Shown here piece after piece: positions 59,596 through 64,000 of a DNA stretch of 64,000 nt. The stretch spans positions 421 through 64,420 of the forward strand of contig JAUSIQ010000038.1 of assembly GCA_030647955.1 (NCBI GenBank). The letters run 5' to 3'. Made by a program: the position numbers and the translations under genes. The DNA comes from a bacterium. Lineage in GTDB: Bacteria; Patescibacteriota; Minisyncoccia; 2-02-FULL-40-12; IGHO2-12-FULL-4. Each line of letters begins with the position of its first letter. The stretch's first letter is position 1. Below the pieces are notes generated by a model. That model was given only the letters and a program-made list of their open reading frames with translations, had not been told where the DNA came from and searched no databases.

Positions 59596-60909
59596 ATGAA
59601 TTATAAAAGCAAAAAGGCCATAATTACGTACGTAATTATTATTTTGGGGGCGTATTTAGTCTTGACGGGCTTTCAATTACTTAAAAAAATAACCGGATAT
59701 AATGTGCCGAGCTTAACGAGGCCGGATGTTACGTTACAGCCAGGCCAAACCAGCTTGACCCATCTTAAGATAAGCGATGGATTTAAAATAGAAGTTTTTG
59801 CCAAAGATTTAAGTGGACCAAGAGTCATTGCTTTCGGTCCTAGCGGAGAGGTGCTGGTCAGCGAGACAAAAGCCGGTAGCGTTGCAATTTTGTTAGATGA
59901 CGATAAGGATGGGGTAGCTGATTCTAAAAAGATTTTGATTGACGGGTTAAATAATCCTCACGGACTAGCCTTTTTTCAGAAATCAGATAAAGACCCCACT
60001 CATCTTTATATAGCAGAATCAAACGAAGTCAGAAGATACCCCTATGATGTTAATAAGCTAGAGCTTATAGATAAAACGGGCCAGAGCATCGTCAATTTAC
60101 CGGACGGAGGAAGGCATTTTACAAGAACGATAGCATTTGGGCCCAACTTTAGAGAAACGCCCATCCTTTCCGGGAAGAGAGGCAATGATACCTTAGCTCC
60201 CACCAAGCTGTATGTTAGTGTAGGATCATCTTGTGATATTTGTGTTGAGAGTACCTGGAAAAGAGCGGCCATTTTGGAGTCGGATCCGGACGGAAGTTAC
60301 ACGGCGGAATTTGCGGGAGGATTAAGGAATGCGGTTTTTTTCGATTTTCATCCGGTAACGGGGGAGATCTGGGCTACGGAGATGGGCAGAGATAATCTGG
60401 GAGATGATTTACCGCCCGATGAAGTTAATATTATAAAAGTCGCGACCAACGAACATGAATTCGGGGCAAGACGATATGGCTGGCCATTCTGCTATGGCAA
60501 GAGAGTAGAAGATAAAACATTTAAACCAGCAAAAGTGGAAAGAATCGATATTCCCAGCGACTGTAGCCAGACCGAATCAGCCACCATTGAGTTGCCTGCC
60601 CACTCTGCGCCACTCGGTCTGACTTTTATATCCGCTGATCAGTGGCCTTCAGAATATAAAAACAACCTATTGGTTGCCTATCACGGCTCTTGGAATAGGA
60701 GCGAACCGACCGGGTATAAGATCGTTAGGTTCGTCACGGATAGTAAAGGGAATATAATCAAGTCGGAAGATTTTATTTCCGGATGGTTGAAAAGCAAAGA
60801 CGAAATACTGGGCCGTCCGGTTGATCTGAAATTTGATGCTGGCGGCTTGCTTTATATTTCAGATGATGCCGCCGGGATTATTTATAAAGTCACTCCACTA
60901 AATGGATAA
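59596..60909 (+). CDS. Glucose/sorbosone dehydrogenase-like beta-propeller protein
   Basis: LYVSVGSSC, GLRNAV, GRDNLGDDLPPDE, YGWP, HSAPLG, HGSWNR, GRPVD. Confidence 0.9.
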   Translation: MNYKSKKAIITYVIIILGAYLVLTGFQLLKKITGYNVPSLTRPDVTLQPGQTSLTHLKISDGFKIEVFAKDLSGPRVIAFGPSGEVLVSETKAGSVAILLDDDKDGVADSKKILIDGLNNPHGLAFFQKSDKDPTHLYIAESNEVRRYPYDVNKLELIDKTGQSIVNLPDGGRHFTRTIAFGPNFRETPILSGKRGNDTLAPTKLYVSVGSSCDICVESTWKRAAILESDPDGSYTAEFAGGLRNAVFFDFHPVTGEIWATEMGRDNLGDDLPPDEVNIIKVATNEHEFGARRYGWPFCYGKRVEDKTFKPAKVERIDIPSDCSQTESATIELPAHSAPLGLTFISADQWPSEYKNNLLVAYHGSWNRSEPTGYKIVRFVTDSKGNIIKSEDFISGWLKSKDEILGRPVDLKFDAGGLLYISDDAAGIIYKVTPLNG

Positions 60910-63160
60910 ATCTAAACTGATAAAATTCATAAGATTTGGTTTATATCTAACGGCTTTTGTGCCGCTAGTTATATTTAGGGAATTCATTTCCCCTTTTAAT
61001 GTTGGCAAAGTAATAGTTTTCAGAAGTCTGATAGAGATCCTGGGAGCGGCCTATGTCATTCTGATTCTAAAAGACAGAACTTACCTGCCTCGCCGAGATA
61101 AAATATTCTGGGCGCTGTTGCTGTTCGTGGCCGCATTTACAATCTCGGCATCTGCCAGTGTCGTGACCCACAACAGTTTATGGGGCAATATTGAGAGGAT
61201 GGGCGGACTCTGGACATTACTACATTATCTCGTTTATTTTATAATTTTAAGTGCACTATTTACAAAAATAGAACATTGGCACAGGTTTTTAAACCTAACC
61301 ATTCTTTCCGGGGTGTTGTCGGCATTCTACGGCTTTGGACAGAAGACCAATATAGATTTTTTCCTAGGCTCCGGCGGCAGAGCGAGGATCATTGGAACTA
61401 TCGGCAACGCGGCGCTCTTTGCCGGCTATCAGCTGTTCATGGTCTTTCTCTCTTTGATGATGTTTTTTAGGCCGAATACTCAAGGGGCGAAAGCGTGGTA
61501 TTTGTTTGCCTTTGCCATTTCTTCAACGGCCGTACTTATGACTGCGGTGAGGGGTTCTCTCCTGGGTTATGGCGTGGGGCTGATCGTCTTTGCTTTCCTA
61601 TGGTCTAGGCATCAGCAGTCAGTCTTGGCCAAGCGGGCGTTAGTTGGTCTGTTGGGCGCGGCCGTACTCTTTGTGGTTTTCTCTTTGCTGTTTCATGACA
61701 CTTATTTTGTCCAAAATTCCAGATATCTAAGCCGGATAACCAGTTTATCCCCGACTTCCTTTACGGTCCAAACTCGAGTTTGGGCTTGGGAAGCGGGCCT
61801 CAAAGGCTGGAGCGAGGGTGCTAAAAATATAATTTTGGGCTGGGGGCCGGAGAATTTTAATTTCCCATTCTCCAAACACTTTAACCCAAATTTCTATACC
61901 GGACTGGGGTCAGAAACATTTTTTGACCGCGCTCACAATATGTTTGTGGAGGTCTTAGTGACGATGGGGCTGCTGGGCCTGGTCGCCTACCTTAATATTT
62001 TTGTGGCATTTTTCGCTTATTTAAAAAGATTATTGAAAAGACCGGAGGCGGCTATTTACGGCATAGGGCTGACGTCTTTGGCGGTTGCTTACATTATCCA
62101 CAACTCTTTTATCTTTGATGCCGCTTCTAATCTTATCGTCTTTTTTGGTGTCCTGGGTTTTATTTCATATCTGAATGGAAATACCGGCCCCACTCCGGAG
62201 GGGCGAGGCTTATCAACCGATAATTTAAAGCAGGGTGCGCTTCTAAAGAATAAAATGGCGGTCAATGTCGTCGCGGTTGTTTTGGCGGCGTTTGTCGGAG
62301 CTTTGATCTACACCATAAACATCTTGCCGTTAAAAGCCAACTACGCGACCACCAGAGGCATCGTGGCCGGCCAGCGCGGTAATTTTAAGGAGGCGCACGC
62401 CAAATTCAAAGAGGCTCTTTCATATGATGTGCCCGGCAAATATGAATTTAGGCATCGATTCGCGCAGTATTTGGTTGGCGACAATGGACCGAGCACCAGA
62501 GAGGCGGCCACACGGGAAGCCTATGCGGATGCCTTGGCCGGGGTTGATAAAAATATAGAGGAGAATCCCGGCGATTTTCTGCCGTATTTATACGGTTCTC
62601 GGTTGAATATTAATCTTGGTAAGAATGATCCCCAATCTCCATATAATGATGAAGCTTTAGAGTATTCCATGAAAGCTTTAAAGCTTTCCCCGACATTTCT
62701 TAGGACGTACCATGAAATAGCCCAAGCCCACCTCAATAAAAAAGATTATCCTAAAGCCATTGAATATTTCCAAAAAGCGGTGGATCTGAATCCGGACGTG
62801 GGGGTGCATTATTGGTATCTGGGCACGGTAAAAATTGAAAGTGGCGACCAGACCGGCGTGGAGGACTTGGAGAAAGCGGTGACTGTTCTCCATCCGCATG
62901 CTTCAAGTGAGTTGTATTATCTAAAATTAGTAAATATTTATCTCACCGAGAATAACTTCGCCAAGATTGCTGAAATGTATGAGAAGATTATTGCCATTAA
63001 TCCCGGAAATCCCCAGTACTACGCTTCGTTGGCGGTGGCCTATGCCAAATTGGGAAGATTGGATGACGCGGAAAGGGTGACAAGACAAGCAGTTAAGGTT
63101 GATCCGTCCTTTGAGGCCGATGCCCGTATTTTTCTCCGTAGTATCGGCCGTGAATTTTAG
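60902..63160 (+). CDS. O-antigen ligase / PglL-like oligosaccharyltransferase with TPR tail
   Basis: GTIGNA, TAVRG, R...W, GWGPENF, DRAHN...G..G; C-terminal TPRs. Confidence 0.85.
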   Translation: MDKSKLIKFIRFGLYLTAFVPLVIFREFISPFNVGKVIVFRSLIEILGAAYVILILKDRTYLPRRDKIFWALLLFVAAFTISASASVVTHNSLWGNIERMGGLWTLLHYLVYFIILSALFTKIEHWHRFLNLTILSGVLSAFYGFGQKTNIDFFLGSGGRARIIGTIGNAALFAGYQLFMVFLSLMMFFRPNTQGAKAWYLFAFAISSTAVLMTAVRGSLLGYGVGLIVFAFLWSRHQQSVLAKRALVGLLGAAVLFVVFSLLFHDTYFVQNSRYLSRITSLSPTSFTVQTRVWAWEAGLKGWSEGAKNIILGWGPENFNFPFSKHFNPNFYTGLGSETFFDRAHNMFVEVLVTMGLLGLVAYLNIFVAFFAYLKRLLKRPEAAIYGIGLTSLAVAYIIHNSFIFDAASNLIVFFGVLGFISYLNGNTGPTPEGRGLSTDNLKQGALLKNKMAVNVVAVVLAAFVGALIYTINILPLKANYATTRGIVAGQRGNFKEAHAKFKEALSYDVPGKYEFRHRFAQYLVGDNGPSTREAATREAYADALAGVDKNIEENPGDFLPYLYGSRLNINLGKNDPQSPYNDEALEYSMKALKLSPTFLRTYHEIAQAHLNKKDYPKAIEYFQKAVDLNPDVGVHYWYLGTVKIESGDQTGVEDLEKAVTVLHPHASSELYYLKLVNIYLTENNFAKIAEMYEKIIAINPGNPQYYASLAVAYAKLGRLDDAERVTRQAVKVDPSFEADARIFLRSIGREF

Positions 63161-63171
63161 TTACCTTCCAT

Positions 63172-63999
63172 TTAAAACAGTTCTTCTGTCCGTTTAGTCA
63201 TTTTATCTAAGGAAAATTTAAATAGGACGGTTTGGTGGCCGTTAATGCCGAGGTCGTGGCTAAGGCGATGGTTGGAAAGAATCTCAGAGATTTTGGCGGA
63301 GATTTGAGCCGATCTTTTGGGATCGACGATTAGACCATTTTTTCCGTCTTCAATAATTTCTGGAACCGCCCCCACGCTCGTGGCGATGACCGGTACTTTA
63401 GCGGCCATGGCTTCTAATACGGCCCAGGGAAAGCCTTCCTTGACCGAAGATAAGACAAAGATATCAAAGGCGGTGAGAAATTCGCTGGCGCGAGGAACGC
63501 GGCCCATCAAAAAAACTTTTTTTTGCAATCTTTTTTCGGCAATTAATTTTTCTAGTTCGGCTCTTTCTTGGCCATCTCCGAAAATAACAAAAGCTACCTC
63601 CTCATTATCTCGAAAAGCTTCAGCGGCAGAAATAAAATAGCGCAAACCCTTGGTGGGGTAGAAGTTGGCAATAGTTCCTATGATCGTTTTAGTGTGGAAA
63701 ATTTTACCGGCGTATTTGGCAATCTTTTCAAAGAGTTTTAAGCGCGCCTCTTCGCGGGGAAGGAGGGTAGTTTTGTAGACATCTAGACCATTGTGGATCA
63801 TTAGTAATTTTTCTTTGGGCCGAATATTAAGATCTTGGGCTTGGCGGAAGTCGTGCTGATTGTTGACGATAATAATATCTTTCCAGCGCGCGCTAATTTT
63901 TTCGAGAGTGATCCAAAGTTTTTTCTTCCAGCTTGGCCAGGGATCATTGAAGGTCCATCCCCCAATCCGATAAATTACTTTGAGGTTTCTGATGTGGTA
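63172..63999 (-). CDS. GT4 glycosyltransferase, partial (5' end beyond the window)
   Basis: Frame open to the window edge; IHNG, TKG, DIFVLSSVKEGFPWAVLEAM. Confidence 0.9.
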   Translation of the reverse strand, partial: YHIRNLKVIYRIGGWTFNDPWPSWKKKLWITLEKISARWKDIIIVNNQHDFRQAQDLNIRPKEKLLMIHNGLDVYKTTLLPREEARLKLFEKIAKYAGKIFHTKTIIGTIANFYPTKGLRYFISAAEAFRDNEEVAFVIFGDGQERAELEKLIAEKRLQKKVFLMGRVPRASEFLTAFDIFVLSSVKEGFPWAVLEAMAAKVPVIATSVGAVPEIIEDGKNGLIVDPKRSAQISAKISEILSNHRLSHDLGINGHQTVLFKFSLDKMTKRTEELF

Positions 64000-64000
64000 G

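Noticed and set aside
62187-62204. gcccc-actccgga-ggggc as a third in-frame palindromic insert (WaaL-like gene)
   Set aside because: The stem is only 5 bp and no second copy was seen; cannot be distinguished from chance

Overview
Nearly all genes lie on the + strand and use the standard bacterial code (TAA, TAG and TGA all end genes). Gene content and style suggest a Patescibacteria/CPR (Parcubacteria-like) genome; this is inference. Core genes: murJ, lepA, an ftsB-like gene, prfB (programmed +1 frameshift), ftsE-ftsX, typA/bipA (two in-frame stops), msrB, bcp, a DEAD-box helicase, tRNA-Gly(CCC) and tRNA-Gln(CTG). Also present: a DsbA-VKOR-DoxX redox cluster, a DrrAB-like ABC exporter, glycoside hydrolases, five large secreted or surface proteins, and an S-layer-like gene with a long structured leader followed by TMTC-like and WaaL/PglL-like glycosylation genes. 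The window opens with the 3' part of a DGR-type reverse transcriptase. The most unusual signals are small repeat systems. (1) A 23S-IVS-type four-helix-bundle gene is enclosed by inverted arrays of an 8-9 bp unit; the same unit recurs as an ORF-less two-arm copy after prfB and as a single arm after a GH1 gene, always overlapping stop codons. (2) Several REP-like palindromes occur, two inserted in frame in the translational GTPases LepA and BipA and one at the break point of a truncated tRNA-Gly. No transposase, CRISPR array or rRNA was seen. All family assignments come from motif recognition, not database searches.
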